DNA of 64,000 nt, from the NCBI GenBank assembly GCA_951406725.2, contig OX597828.1:49290001-49354000 (forward strand), read 5' to 3'. This stretch comes from Octopus vulgaris. Taxonomy: Eukaryota. Each line of letters starts with the position of its first letter. Within the stretch, counting starts at the first letter, position 1. Below are positions 11,968 to 26,006 of this stretch, piece by piece. A program made the position numbers and the translations under genes. The notes below the pieces were generated by a model. That model was not told the origin of the DNA and ran no database searches. It saw only the letters and a list, made by a program, of their open reading frames with translations.

Positions 11968-13149
11968 ATATATATGTATAGATTGATATGTATTATATAT
12001 GTACACACATACAGCACTGTATGGTGCAGTATATTACAGATAATACAGACTTGTGTACTAGAAGTCATACAACTATAATACAGTAGTATTAGTAGTAGTA
12101 CCACAACCATACAGTGTAATGGAAGTAGTATAAGTGCAAGTAAAGTCCAGTGTAGTGGAAGGTGTACTACTACAGTACAGTTTTATCATGAGCTATTGAC
12201 TGTACTGACTGCTGAATTTGATTAGAGCAAAATTAAAAGCTGTCAGAAATGAAAATGTTTTTCCAATGGATTAAATAATCAATTTGTGGAAAACAGCGAC
12301 AGCTTCACTGTATCATAGCAACAAATAATAAGAATAACAACAACAATAAAGATGATGGTGATTTCTTAACATTAGCCAAGGGGGAGGGAGGAGAGACCTA
12401 CACTGCTCATCCTGTTTGTTTTATTGACCCAAGGAGGATGAAAATCAGAGCTGACCCCCAGCACTGGTTGGATTTGAGCTCAGGGTGTAATGAGCCGGAA
12501 CTAAATACCACAGCAGGGCATTTTTATACCTGGTGCTCTATCAATTCTGTCATCTCCACCTCCACCACCACCATCATCATCATCATCATAATCATCATCA
12601 TAATTAACCAATCGATCATCATCATTATCATCATAACCATCGTCTACATAATCTTCTCAGTACAGGTGTTATAGTTCCTACTGCTATGCTTATGTTCCAG
12701 TATCTAAGAGGGGGACACACAAACCATACTCGGCATCCACCCTTGCATTTTTCCAGCACCATCTACCCACAATGTATCTTACTCTATGCACACATCCTTC
12801 CCCACCTACCCCAAACTCCACCCCAACCTCCCACCTTAGACATGCCACCCAGACTGTGTGCCATCAATCACCCCCAACCCTTTATTCACATCCCTCCACC
12901 CCACATCATCCACTAAACATCATTCTAAGATGTGATATTGCAATTATTATCAAAAGAGGGAGAGGAGGGGGGACAGAATGGAGAGCAACCTAGGTATACT
13001 GCCACCCATCTCCCCAAGTAAATGACTGGTACTAAAAGGAGGATGGAAAGCAAAGTGGATCCTAACAGCAGAACTAAATGGAATATGACACTTTATCAAA
13101 CACGCCACAGCCTATACCCTGGTATACACACGTTATCAAACACTACACT

Positions 13150-13585
13150 GTGAACGTATGCATGTGTGTGACTGCATAAGTGTGTATATATGACTGTATG
13201 TATGAGAGACTGCATGAGTGTGTGTGTGTGAAGAGCTGCATAAGTGAGTGTGTGTGCATGGATGTGTGTATGTGTGCATGAGATAAAATGTGTGTGTAAG
13301 ACAGCATAAGTGTGTGTGTATGACTGCATGTGTGCGTGTGTATGACTGCATGTGTGTGTGACTATATGCATGTAAGACTGCATATGTGTGTGTGTGTTTG
13401 TGTCACTGTGTATACGTGAATCTATGATTGTGTGTGTGTGAGAGACTATATGCATGTAAGACTGCATATGTGTGTCTGTGTGTGTGACAGCATGTGTGAT
13501 TGTGTCACTGTGTGTACGTGAATCTATGATTGTGTGTGTGTGTGTGAGCGTGTACATGAATCTATGAGTGTGTGTGTGTGTGTGT
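13150..13585. repeat. Compound (TG)n-based minisatellite
   Basis: Recurrent tgactgcat, gactatatgcatgtaagactgcatat and tgaatctatga units between TG runs. Confidence 0.8.
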
Positions 13586-15244
13586 TTCCCTCCTTCCAAC
13601 TATAAAACCAAGGAGTTAACAGAAAACAGTTTTACACAACATTCACACAGAACAGATAAAATGGACATTTAACCCCCCACCACCACACACCTTCTTCCTC
13701 TCTTTCTTGCATGCATTCCATGTTGCTGTGCAGTTGCACTTCACTCTACCTCTGCGTGTGTGTGTGTGTGTCAGTGGGAGCTGACAGGAAATGCAACTCT
13801 GACAATACAATATTTGCTGTAGCAAGCAAAGGTGCAGCTTACTGCAGCTTTATTGTGCACTGTTATTTGATGGCGAATGGATGAACAGAAGATGAAGGAC
13901 AGAGAGGGAGACGGATGAATGAACATGTGTGTGTGCCTGCTTGTATGTATGCATGTGTGTATGTATGTGTGTGCGTGTGTGTATATATATATATATATGC
14001 ACACACACACACAAGTATGTGTGTGTGTGTGTGTGTGTGTGTACACAGCAATTATTTGTGTTTGGACATAACAGTAAAGTTATTGATCACAGCAAGTATT
14101 TCTGACAGAAGCTGGTTACATCACACACACACACACACACACATACACACACACACACACACACACAAGTACACACATACACACACACATTAGTGATGAC
14201 ATTGGGACTTGCAACAACAACAGCAGCAGCAGCAACACTGATGGATGAGAGATGAAGCAGTAATGATGGCGCTGATGATGAGAAGATGGAAGTGGTGGTT
14301 ACTGTGGTGGTAGTGGTTTGAGAGAGAGAGAGAGAGAGAGGGAGAGAAAGAGGGAGAAAGAGGGAGAGCAGTGTTCCAGTGGAAGCAGTTCAGAGACAAA
14401 TACTGTAAATCTGGAATGAAGTGTCAGGTTTTAAAGTGGATTTCTACCTCGCTGTCTCTCAACACATCAACACCACTACAACCACCACCACCACTACTAT
14501 TACCCTAACCACCATCACAACTACCGCCACCACCACCGCCACCACAACCGCCACCACTACTACTACTACCACCACCACCACCACCAACTATATTAATCTC
14601 AACACATTATTACTCTATGCAGCACAGGGGTCCTTGCTCTCGCTATCCTTGCCACCACCATGAGTCAACATAGGGACCTCTCTTTAGGGTGGCTCGCCCT
14701 GCTAGAAACAGCAGCTAAGATATCTCCCTCAAATCTACACCTTGTCATATTTGAACTGGGCACATTAGATATGCCCTAGGTTTCACTGTGGGCAAGAAAG
14801 AAGGAATCGATGGTCATGGGCGGAATGCCTATGATCACAAGCGTACTCAGTCAGGGGATGTGCTGGGGTTAAATGACAACCACCACCACCACCACTGTTG
14901 AAAAGAGCCATATTTCATTAATTGCTATGTTGTTAATATCAAAAGGAGTGAGGAGCAGATGAGAGGAAGGTGTGTGTATGGGAGAGAGAGAGAGAGAGAA
15001 AAGGAAGGAATAATGTATGTGCATACGTGTATGTAAGTGCATGAGTGTGTATGTAAGCATGTGACTACATATATATAAGTATATGCTTATGTATGTAAGC
15101 ATGTGTGTGTGTCTGTGTGTGCCTGTGTAGCTGTGTAAATCACAAGATAGAGTAGTGAGTATATATACAGCATTAATTAAAACACCTATGGTTAAAGACT
15201 CTCCCGGCTGTGACCATCACATCTTTTATTCAAAGCATATAGAG

Positions 15245-15572
15245 ATGCAGGCATGGCTGTTGTAGTTGAGATGCTCACTTTGCAACAACTGAGCTTGGGT
15301 TCAATCTCATCACACGGCACCTTCAGCAAGAATTTTTTTCGACAATAGCCTCGGGCCGATCAAAATCTTTCAAAGTGAGTTTTGTAGACAGAAATGACAT
15401 GGAAGTTTTTGACTTGCATGTATGTCTTTATATTTGTGTCCCCCACTGTCAGACAACCAGTGTTGGTTTGTTTACATCCCTGTAAATAAACAGTTTAGCA
15501 AAAGAGACCCATAGAATAAATATCAGACATAAAAGGGGTTGATTTGATCAACCAAACTCTTCAAGATGGTGC
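15245..15572 (+). mobile_element. SINE family A, old diverged copy
   Basis: atagcctcgggccga, gacaaccagtgttgg, gcaaaagagacc.atagaataa motifs. Confidence 0.65.
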
Positions 15573-16415
15573 ATCTAATGTGAAGTGGATTCCTTTAATT
15601 ATTTTTTTTTAAACAGAAAGAAGTGATATCAGAGACATTTAGCTGTTATTTCTGGCAAGTTCTACGATCGCATTCAGGCTTCTCATTCTTGACTGTGTCA
15701 TGTTGTTAGCAACTGCCACAAGATGTCAGGCGATGTTTTCAATTCCCAGCAGGAATTTTCTGTCTGTTAAGGTTTTGTAAAATTTTGTTAGTTTTTGCTA
15801 AATTTCTGAAATATATATATATATAGCTATAGCTATATATGGCTTTTTTAGTTTCCCTCTACCAAATCCACTCACAAGGCTTTGGAGCAGCTATAGTAGA
15901 AAAAATTGTCTAAGGTGCCACATAGTAGGACTGAACCCAAAAGCATGTGACTGGGAAGTGAACTTAACCACTTAGCCATGCCTATGGTTAAATAAAGTAA
16001 GCACAAAAACAGTTGTTTATTTTCACATCCATTGAGTTAAAACAACATGAGTCAGACAAATGCATGTAATTGAAGAATTATTTCATAGCAAGATGCCCAT
16101 CCTGTTGGCAACTCATGTCTCTCTTTCAAGCAAAGGATTTTCATTCCACTCATCTTGGAAAGCGCAAAGCTACAGGACAATTTCTTGACAAAGGAGAACA
16201 CCAACCAAAGATCATGCAATCACAGAATGCAAACATTATCAGACAAACAGACAAACACTCACACACACACACATTTTTTTCTCTCTCACTCTTTATTTTC
16301 TTTCATTCCTTTCTGTCAAAGAGCATAGGCTCGAAACATCAAAGACTTCCATATTTCCTGAGTGTCAAACTAATTCACGTCATACGTTGTTCCTTTACCT
16401 GTCTGTCTTTTATAC

Positions 16416-16446
<31 letters not shown>

Positions 16447-16447
16447 C

Positions 16448-16849
16448 GTGCAGGAGTGGCTGTGTGGTAGGTAGCTTGCTAACCAACCACATGGTTTTGG
16501 GTTCAGTTCCACTGCATGGCACCTTGGGCAGGTGTCTTCTACTATAGCCTCGGGCCAACCAAAGCCTTGTGAGTGGATTTGGTAGACGGAACTGAAAGAA
16601 GCCTGTCGTATATATGTATATATATATACATGTGTGTGTGTGTGTATGTTTGTGTGTCTGTGTTTGTCCCCCTAGCATTGATTGACAACCGATGCTGGTG
16701 TGTTTATGTGCCCACAACTTAGCAGTTCAGCAAAAGAGACCGATAGAATAAGTACTGGGCTTACAAAGAATAAGTCATGGAGTCGATTTGGTCAACTAAA
16801 AGCAGTGCTCCAGCATGGCCGCAGTCAAATGACTGAAACAAGTAAAAGA

Positions 16850-16851
<2 letters not shown>
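16448..16851 (+). mobile_element. SINE family A, full length
   Basis: Full consensus match, flanked by (TA)n. Confidence 0.9.
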
Positions 16852-16897
<46 letters not shown>

Positions 16898-16911
16898 CAC
16901 AGACATATTAG

Positions 16912-17120
16912 TGACAGTGGTAACCAGGCAGAATTGTTAGCAAGCTGGACAAAATGCTTGGCAGCATTCCATCTATCTTTACATTCTGAATTCAAATTCT
17001 GCCGAGGTTGATTTGCTCTATGGTATTTATTTTAAAATAAGTACCAGTAAAGCACTGGGTCAATGTAATCAACTTGTTCTAACTCCTTAAGTTGCTGGTC
17101 TTCTGCCAAAATTTGAAATA
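16912..17120 (+). mobile_element. SINE family B, older tail type
   Basis: ggcagaattgttagc...ttcaaattctgccgaggttga...aagtaccag...ccaaaatttgaaa. Confidence 0.75.
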
Positions 17121-17124
17121 TATA

Positions 17125-17169
<45 letters not shown>

Positions 17170-17545
17170 ATATATATATATATATAAATATATATTTGAT
17201 ATATATATATAAATATATATTTGATATATATATATATAAATATATATTTGATATATATATATATATAAATATATATTTATATATATATATATATAAATAT
17301 ATATTTGATATATATATATATAAATATATATTTGATATATATATATATATTTGATATATATATATATATAAATATATATTTGATATATATATATATATTT
17401 GATATATATATATATATATAAATATATATTTATATATATATATATAAATATATATTTGATATATATATATATAAATATATATTTGATATATATATATATA
17501 TAAATATATATTTGATATATATATATATATATAAATATATATTTG

Positions 17546-17566
<21 letters not shown>
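17119..17566. repeat. (AT)n-derived minisatellite with periodic TTTG and AAAT interruptions
   Basis: Unit approximately atatatttg(at)n-aa repeated over ~450 bp. Confidence 0.92.
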
Positions 17567-17578
<12 letters not shown>

Positions 17579-18156
17579 AACCTATTTTAGTCGCATATAT
17601 TGAAATGTGTGACAAGGTAAAGAGCCAAGAAGACCACTAAAGCAGAGAACCCCATTAATCATAAGAAATAAGAATTTAGATAGGCATGTCTTAAAATATG
17701 CAATCCTTCTCTTCTCTTCTCTCAGACTTGCATGGAATGGTGGAACAGATATAGGAATGGATAAAAATCTCTGTTGAAATATTTCCATAGATGTGAAACA
17801 GTGTGTAGTCAGCTGTAGCAGAGCAGTAACCTGGAACTGTTAGGGTCGGCATCTATTTACAGATGAAATATTAGTTCGAGTCAAAACACACTTTATAGAT
17901 TTCAGATTCAGTTGCCGTTGTGCCAGAATCAATCTCAGGTAGGTTTTTATTATCTACAACCTAATAGACCAGTTACCAGTTCCACAGCCATTTTGTAGTA
18001 GTTGTTGTTATTATTGAGATTACTATTATTATTATTATCATTATCATTATTAAGAAGTAAGCCTGAGGTTATTGAAATATCTCCACAATGGAGACGAAAC
18101 AACCTGATAAAGACAGCCAAGTTATGAAGGAAAATTTATAACACACGTGTGTGTGT

Positions 18157-18191
<35 letters not shown>

Positions 18192-18289
18192 TGTGTATGT
18201 GTGTATTGAAATAGAAGAAACCTACAAACAGCTAGTCTGGTCATGTCTCTCACACTGGAGTAGAGATGGGAAAGAGTATAATGGGTCTT

Positions 18290-18328
<39 letters not shown>

Positions 18329-18345
18329 GACAAATGTGTGTACGA

Positions 18346-18381
<36 letters not shown>

Positions 18382-18921
18382 TTGCACTTCTGCAAAAATG
18401 GTGAAATATCTTTATGACAATTGACAGCTCCAGACATGACTATTGAAGTAGATATTTACTGAGATAATATATACAGCAGATTATACATTCATGAGTGGTT
18501 GTGAGCATATGTGTACATACACACACACACACACACATACAAATGTATGCATTACACACACATATACTGGCAAACATACTAATGTATATATTACACACAC
18601 ATAGACACATATATATGGGGAACAGCTGTCCTTTTAAAACTTGTTATATTGAAAACAAGACTACTACAATTTATTCTTTCTTATTAGTATTTCATTGTAT
18701 TCACACATCAGACCCAGCATTTTGTTCGAAACAAAACGGTTACCAAGTTCATCTTTATCAGCCTTTCCAGATTAGCCCAACCCCCATGTTCAGTATGCTG
18801 ATTGGCTTTGGCTTCAGTGCGGTGGCCTCTCTGTAGAGGGATGTCTCGTAAGCCATACACCATAAAACAAAGTTAAACAGGAAAAACATCAGCAAAAAAT
18901 ACTTCTATACTTTATAGAATA

Positions 18922-19155
18922 TATTTCTTTACCTCCCTCAAGGGGCTAAACATAGAGGGGACAAACAAGGACAGACGAAGGGATTGAGTCGATTATATAC
19001 CCCCCCCCTCGTGCGAAACTGGTACTTTATTTATCGACCCCGAAAGGATGAAAGGCAAAGTTGACCTCAGCAGAATTCGAACTCAGAACGTAACGACAGA
19101 CGAAATACCGCTAAGCATTTCGCCCGGCGAGCTAACGTGTCTGCCAGCCCGCCTT
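18922..19155 (-). mobile_element. SINE family B, young long-tail copy with TSD
   Basis: TSD tatactttatagaata at 18906-18921 and 19156-19171. Confidence 0.92.
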
Positions 19156-19775
19156 TATACTTTATAGAATACCCCATAGAAATAGGCTGACTATTGAAGC
19201 ATTTCTGATATGGGTAACATAGGGCTACAATTACCAGGCAACATTCACTCAATGCAACTGGAAATCCAATGGCAAAGAACACTAACTGTTTCAATGGTCA
19301 AGTGCTGGTGGCAAAGTCTACATAAACATAAGCTGCTGACTATAAAAGTGCCTGAACAGAAGTCAAAACCACTTCTCATCCTGATAATGAGGCTGAGATG
19401 GCCTGAGAACATTGACAATGAATTTGGAAAATATACTGTTTTAAAAGAACTACAGGGGTCTGTACATAGATAAAGAGAAAATATTGATAAAAAATATTAA
19501 ATTAGAATAGTTATGCTTTCAATACAGCATTTTATACACACACACATTTATATATGTGTGTGTACACACACACACATATATTGATATGTGTACATACATA
19601 TATATTGATATACTGAGCTTGTGCTTGTTCATAGGAAACCCAATAAAGTATTTTGATACTTCAAACTGTAGAGTTAATTGTATTAATTTATTAATGCATA
19701 GATTTATGAATCTATAATGCATAAACATGCAATGTTACGTGTATGTATATGTGTATATGTATGTGTGTGTGTATG

Positions 19776-19815
<40 letters not shown>

Positions 19816-20063
19816 CATACATACACATACACACACACATTTTTTCCCTTCACATTACATACACACACACAGCTAACAGACTTGAATATTAGTAATTTTT
19901 AGTCTTTGAGGTATAAACAAAACTCTCTTAAGTAAAATTTCAAATGGTGAGTTACTAAGCCATGAAGTAATGAGTGGTGGGTGAAGAGCAAGGAACGAAG
20001 GGTAGTGAGTGAAGAGTTGCGAGTGAAGAACAATGATGAAGAATGTACAATGTTAGCGCTTAC

Positions 20064-20220
20064 CATTCTCTGTCTCATGCCAGACAATACCCTCTAATGT
20101 AACACTAGTTCCAGGTTCACATGGTCCAAGACACTCCGGTTCTGTGATAACCCCAACACTGCAAGTATCTGTCCCCATATCATGTAACTCTGGTTGCATT
20201 GGTGAACATGCTGCTTCAAC
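20064..20220 (-). CDS. ZNF608: Internal coding exon of a ZNF608/ZNF609 (brakeless/scribbler)-like gene, 157 nt, phase 0 to phase 1
   Basis: Manual translation [53 protein letters not shown] matches the conserved family motif ([28 protein letters not shown]). Acceptor aatttgttttaccattgcAG, donor G|GTAAGC. ZNF608 versus ZNF609 cannot be distinguished; probably a single co-orthologue. Confidence 0.95.
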
Positions 20221-21034
20221 CTGCAATGGTAAAACAAATTAAGGTGTGATCAGTTAATGGATCAAAGTATGAATGGCAGAATGGGAATAAACAGTTCAGC
20301 TACATGTTAAAACCAAATCATGTGGGCATTTGGGAGCAATGTAAGTCATAATATCATTATCAACATAGTTTTAATCTCCACTTTCCTGAGGTGGTCAGAC
20401 GAGATTCATTGCCTTTCTTGTCATCAACCATACATGTTTTCAAACAAGATAATATTTCTCGGAGTTTTTCAAATGCAAAAATAGCACAATGGCCAGGTTT
20501 GGTTTCACAGAAAATTGTAGACAATTGACACGTTTTTGTATGAAGGTTGACGTCTGTTTACATTCAACATGAACACACACACACATTGGCTTTTTTTTTT
20601 TTAGTTTTTTCCAGTTTCCATCTACCAAATCCACCAACAAGGCCTTGTCCAAGGTGCCATGCAGAGAAACTGAACTCAAAACCATATGGTTGTGAAGCAA
20701 CACCTGTTAGTGCTCAAGAGTAAATAATTAAATGAACTGTTAAGATGTGTGGCCAAGAGTTAATAGATGTGAATAGTTTGAAAAGTCTGTGCTTCTAAAG
20801 TCTGTGTTTTCTATTTTTAATCATTTGAGTTCTTCCTATACAGAAGGACCTGGGTTCTAACAAAGAAACAAAGCCCTGTCACTAGAATTTGGATAACAAT
20901 ACATGTGCTATGTTGAATTTTAGGAAAGTATTGCATATTTTTATTATTCTGCTTACAGACTGTTACTAAGTATTTTCACTAATGTAACTGAGTACACAAA
21001 TAATTATTGGCATGAATTTAAATTTATAATTATG

Positions 21035-21074
<40 letters not shown>

Positions 21075-21517
21075 ATATATGCAGTATTGTTGTACACACC
21101 AGACAGGTTTGTAAAGCACCTGACCTTTTATAGTAGACAGTAAAGAAAAAGTAAGGGAACACACAGACAGACACTGATAGACTTAATGAGATGTTAATTA
21201 TTATTGGTTATTGTTTAATTATGTCGGTTACCTTTAATTGAAAGTTTGCGTAGATCAAGTTACCACAGTTCACATATACATCCAGTGACTTAATCTGCAT
21301 TAAATTATCACAGCTCAAATATATACCTATAAACTGTACCAACCTCAACCACTGCCCAACCTTGGGTCATATTTACACCCAACCTTACCTCTCGTGTTCA
21401 AATGATATAGATTTGCCTACAGAAGAAAACAGTTTTCCATCAACAAACCTTAATATCACGACTGGCCCCTATAGCCTACTTACCCCCTTTTATCAAGATT
21501 GGAGTATAACAGTAACT

Positions 21518-21900
21518 GGGGAAGCACTCTGTCGGTTACGACGAGGGTTCCGGTTGATCCGATCAACGGAACAGCCTGCTCGTGAAATTAACGTGTAAGT
21601 GGCTGAGCACTCCACAGACACGTGTACCCTTAACGTAGTTCTTGGGGATATTCGGCGTGACACAGAGAGTGACAAGGCCAGCCCTTTGAAATACAGGTAC
21701 AGCAGAAACAGGAAGTAAGAGTGAGAGAAAGTTGTGGTGAAAGAGTACAGCAGGGATCACCACCATCCCCTGCCAGAGCCTTGTGGAGCTTTTAGGTGTT
21801 TTCGCTCAATAAACACTCACAACGCCCGGTCTGGGAATCGAAATCGTGATCCTATGACCGCAAGTCCGCTGCCCTAACCACTGGGCCATTGCGCCTCCAC
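21518..21900 (-). mobile_element. SINE family C, full length with TSD
   Basis: TSD ataacagtaact at 21506-21517 and 21901-21912; tRNA-like head with A and B boxes. Confidence 0.92.
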
Positions 21901-22510
21901 ATAACAGTAACTAAATTGTTAGGGTGTGACAAACATTTACTGCAAGCTGTTGCTGGTGTGTGTGTGTGTGCAGGCACCATTCTAAACGAGTGGGAACATT
22001 TATGGTGAGACAGCTTAAATCACCGAAAAATTCTCAATGTCACCCTTTTTAGCTCTTCTCTGTACTAGAAGAAACCATTCATGAGAATTTACAAACAGAC
22101 ACACACACACACACACACACATAAAGGAGGAGAGGAAAAAAAAAAGGAGGGAGGCACTGAGTTCACACAGTGTGTTACAGAGCATGGTGTGGCGGGGTGA
22201 AGACTGTGACATGACATATATATATATATGTGTGTCTATATATCACCAACTGGGAAAGGTCAGATACTGATTGGATGATGATGGCTAATGATGCTAGTGA
22301 TGATGATGATGACTTTATATTCTGCAAATGGATGTGTATTTGCTCACACACACACAATTAATCATTTTACATCTGCTTTCCATAATAACAGGAGTTGGGT
22401 GGCTTGACATGACACCATGGGCCTGGACGGAAGTCCATGTCTTCTTCTTCCATCCAGGGTTTCAGTTTGACACGATTTCTGCATATATGTGTATGTATAT
22501 ATATATATAT

Positions 22511-22748
22511 ATCATCATCGTTTAGCGTCCGTTTCCCATGCTAGCATGGGTTGGATGGTTCAACTGGGGTCTGGGAAGCCAGGAGGCTGCACCAGGCCCA
22601 GTCTGATCTGGCAATGTTTCTATGGCTGGATGCCCTTCCTAACGCCAACCACTCCGTGAGTGTAGTGGGTGCTTTTTACGTGCCACCCGCACAGGTGCCA
22701 GATGGAGCTGGCAAACGGCCACGGACGGATGGTGCTTTTTTATGTGCC
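22511..22748 (-). mobile_element. Family E copy
   Basis: catcatcgtttagcgtccgtttcccatgctagcatgggttgga...cttcctaacgccaaccactc. Confidence 0.85.
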
Positions 22749-22749
22749 G

Positions 22750-22796
<47 letters not shown>

Positions 22797-23367
22797 TACA
22801 AGTATGTGTGTGTGTGTGTGCACATACTCTATACGTAATGTTGAATTAATACTAATTGTCGTATTAAAAGAATGTTAAAGCAAAGCTTTGAGCAAAAGCT
22901 AAAAGCAGCCTCAAGTGTTACACACACACAACTTGTTTATAGATATCCAGCATAAAACAACTAGTTTACAACTGTAAAGGTTAATTTTTTAAGATAATTT
23001 TTTTTTTATTTTGATATAAAGATATTTTCTGTTATCAGTGAAATGTATTCCTACAGCAAGTCATTCAGAGAGAGAGAGGGGGGTGTGAAAAGAGAAAGAG
23101 AGATAGGAAGGGAGAAGAGAAGAGAGAGAGAGACGGACAGTGTTATCGTTGTAATATACACTTACAAACTGTGCATATATACATATGTATGACTGTTATC
23201 ATGGTAATATATTCCTTCTCCCCACCCTCTCACACACAGTCTCACATTTAATACAGGGAACTGAAAAACCCCAATCAGCAGATTATCCAAGCAACTAATA
23301 GACAAAATCTCGCTCTAGGGGAAGAAGCGTTCAAAATCTGGAATTTTACACAATATAGACAATGAAT

Positions 23368-23660
23368 GTGGTGGTTCATGGCTCAGCAGTTAGAGTACTG
23401 GGCTCACAATCATGAGGTAGTGAGTTCAATTCTCGAACTGGGCTGTGTGTTGTGTTCTTGAGCAAGACACTTTATTTCGCATTGCTCCAGTTCACTCAGG
23501 GCCAAGCTGTATTGGCCTTTGCCTTGGATGACATCGGTGGCATGGAGAAGGGAGGCTGGTATGCATTGATGACTGCTGGTCTTCCATTAACCACCTTGGG
23601 CAGACTTCTGCCTTGGAGGGGAACTTTCTAGGTGCAAAGCCATGGATATTCATAATGAAA
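23368..23660 (+). mobile_element. SINE family D (tRNA head plus CORE-like segment)
   Basis: catggctcag..gttagag...gagttcaattc...ttcttgagcaagacactttatttc...ccagttcactcag; CORE similarity is from memory. Confidence 0.8.
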
Positions 23661-23714
23661 GGCAGGCTTTTCTTACTTTACAGACAATGAAGATTTCAAT
23701 AGATAATCTGATCT

Positions 23715-23944
23715 TTAACCCTTTAGCATTTAAACCGGCCATATCTGGCCAAAGGTATTCTGCCTGTTTTATGTTCAAACTGGCCAGATCTGGTCTCTCA
23801 CACCAACCCTACAATATCGTTTTAAAAATTAACAGCTACCTCATCAAAATCTCATAGCACCAAGATTAATGCTTGATTAGTTCAAAGCAATGTGGATGAA
23901 AAAGCATTAATTTTGGTAGAATAATGTGAACACTAAAGGGTTAA
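23715..23944. mobile_element. piggyBac-type MITE with TTAA on both sides
   Basis: TTAA-ccctttag ... ctaaaggg-TTAA; ~220 bp; several related copies in the window. Confidence 0.85.
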
Positions 23945-24034
23945 AGCTGGCACTGAAAGGAGCAGACATTGTTCTAATCTTAGAATCCCTCAGCAAAACA
24001 TTCTACTCAGTTGGCAAAACTAAGAGTAACCTAA

Positions 24035-24362
24035 ATTCTTATATTTGTTTCAGCCATTTTACTGTGGCCATGCTGGAGCATTACCTTGAAGGATTTTAGT
24101 TGAATAAATCAACCTCAAGACTTGCTTTTTTTTTAAAAGCCTAGTATTTATTTTATCGGTCTCTTTTGCCAAACTGCTAAGTTATGGGAATGTACACACA
24201 CTAACATCAGTTGTCAAACAGTGATGGAGAGTGAGGACAAACACAAACACAGATATATATATATGATGGGCTTCTTTCAGTTTCCATCTACCAAATCCAC
24301 TCACAAGACACTTGTCACACAGTGCCACGCAGTGGGATGAACCCAAAACTATGTGGTTTGGA
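24035..24362 (-). mobile_element. SINE family A
   Basis: Consensus match with internal deletion. Confidence 0.8.
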
Positions 24363-25511
24363 CACACACAGAGCGAAGGAAAAATAAGGAGTGTTTTGTG
24401 AGGACCAGGGATAGTTCTGGAATATATTATTTGGAAGAAATGAAAGGGACATTCCAAGTAGCCATTGGCCAGCCTCGCTGGGTTGAAAGTAAGGTACTTT
24501 CACATATGTATGTGGTGGTGGTGAACCCGATTGGAAGGGATTGACCAAGTGTGTGGTGGGAAGTTATGATAAGGTAGGGGTTGCGAAACTCCCTAGTCAA
24601 AGGCTACAGGCTTTGGAGGGTGCATTTGTTGAAGAGAAAGAAATCAAGAATGAGATTCAAGGTGTGTGTGTTTGTGTGTGCATGCGTCTTCTTGAAATAG
24701 ATTCTCTCTTGAAATATTACATCAGTCTCCATTTATTTCACACATGCGCACACAGAGAGTGTGTACATCTGTGTGGAGAGGAAGAGAGAGGAATAGAGAG
24801 AGAGAAAATAACTACTAAAAGCGGAGAAACATTGAGATGATTGTCTAAACACAGCAACGGTGATGGCGGTGGAATGATGATGTTTAATTAAACATCATTA
24901 AGACATGAGACATAACATAAGATAAAGATTTTAATTAAAACAGCGAAAGGTCACACACAACACAACGACCCCCAGCACCACCCGCACCTACACCTGCAAC
25001 AACACCACACCCCAAGTGAGTCGAGAGTAGGGAAGGTATTGAAACTGTGACCACAGAGATTAGTGTACCCAACAGCAGCAATAGGCTTTGCTGTTAAGTT
25101 GATGGAAGAGAGGAGGGTGTGAAAAAGGGGAGAATTGAGGAGTTTAAGGAATAAGATGGAAGTAAGGTGAAGGTTTCATAACGAAACAGTAAAGAGTAAT
25201 GTGTAAATGTGTGTGTGTGTGCATATATAGTTCATGCGTGTGTATTCATACACATACAAACATATATATACACACACATAAATGTAGAGTATGGCATGTA
25301 TATATATATATATATGTGTGTGTGTGTATGTACATGTACATACACTTCTTATCACCAAATTTTATCAATTTGCTTCCACAAGTGAAAATTCCTTAAATAG
25401 CAAAAAAGTGTGAGTAGAAGGTGTTTGTTGTGTTAATGGATGGTGAGTAGAAATAGAGAATGGGTGTAAATGGAGGCTACATGTGAATGGAAGTTTGGTG
25501 TGTGCGTGTGT

Positions 25512-25950
25512 ATTCTTTTATTTGTTTCAGTCAGTTAACTGCAGCAATGCTGGAGCACCACCTTTAGTCAAGCAAAGTACTTAGCCTAGTACTATTCTAT
25601 CAGTCTTCTTTTGCCGAACCGCTAACTTACAGGGGCGTAAACACACCAACATTGGTTGTCAAGCAATGTTGGGAGGACCAAACACTGACATACACACATA
25701 TATAGATAAATACACACATATATAGATAAATATATATATATACGATGGGTTTCTTTCAGTTTCCAACTACTAAATCCACTCACAAGGCTTTGGTCAGCCC
25801 CAGGCTATAAAAGACACTTATATTTGTCAAGCCTGGTACATATTCTATTGCCCTCTTTTGCAGAATCACTAAGTTAAGGGGACATAAACACACCAACACT
25901 TGTTGTCAAGTGGTGGTCATAGTAGGGAACAAACACAGACATACACGCAG
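25512..25950 (-). mobile_element. SINE family A, two partial adjacent copies
   Basis: Repeated gcct.gtac.tattctat...acaccaaca..gttgtcaag; the second copy resumes at ~26281-26400. Confidence 0.75.
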
Positions 25951-26006
25951 ATAGTTCTATATTTAAGAGATGAATTATTTACATTATTTACATTTGACAG
26001 ATATTT

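Larger units (their letters stand above)
5228..20063 (-). other. Intron (~14.8 kb) between the two identified exons
   Basis: Lies between donor GTAAGC (20063) and the exon at 5227; filled with repeats. Confidence 0.8.

Noticed and set aside
17032-17615. IY/YI-rich ORFs, and similar CV/TH ORFs at 13096-14193 and 61575-61931
   Set aside because: Translations of dinucleotide microsatellites.
17582-17835. Minus-strand ORF after a ttccAG within the intron
   Set aside because: No homology, and it would interrupt the contiguous conserved domain.
18060-18110. Hammerhead-like stem followed by CGAAAC
   Set aside because: No CUGANGA core and no consistent stems I and III.
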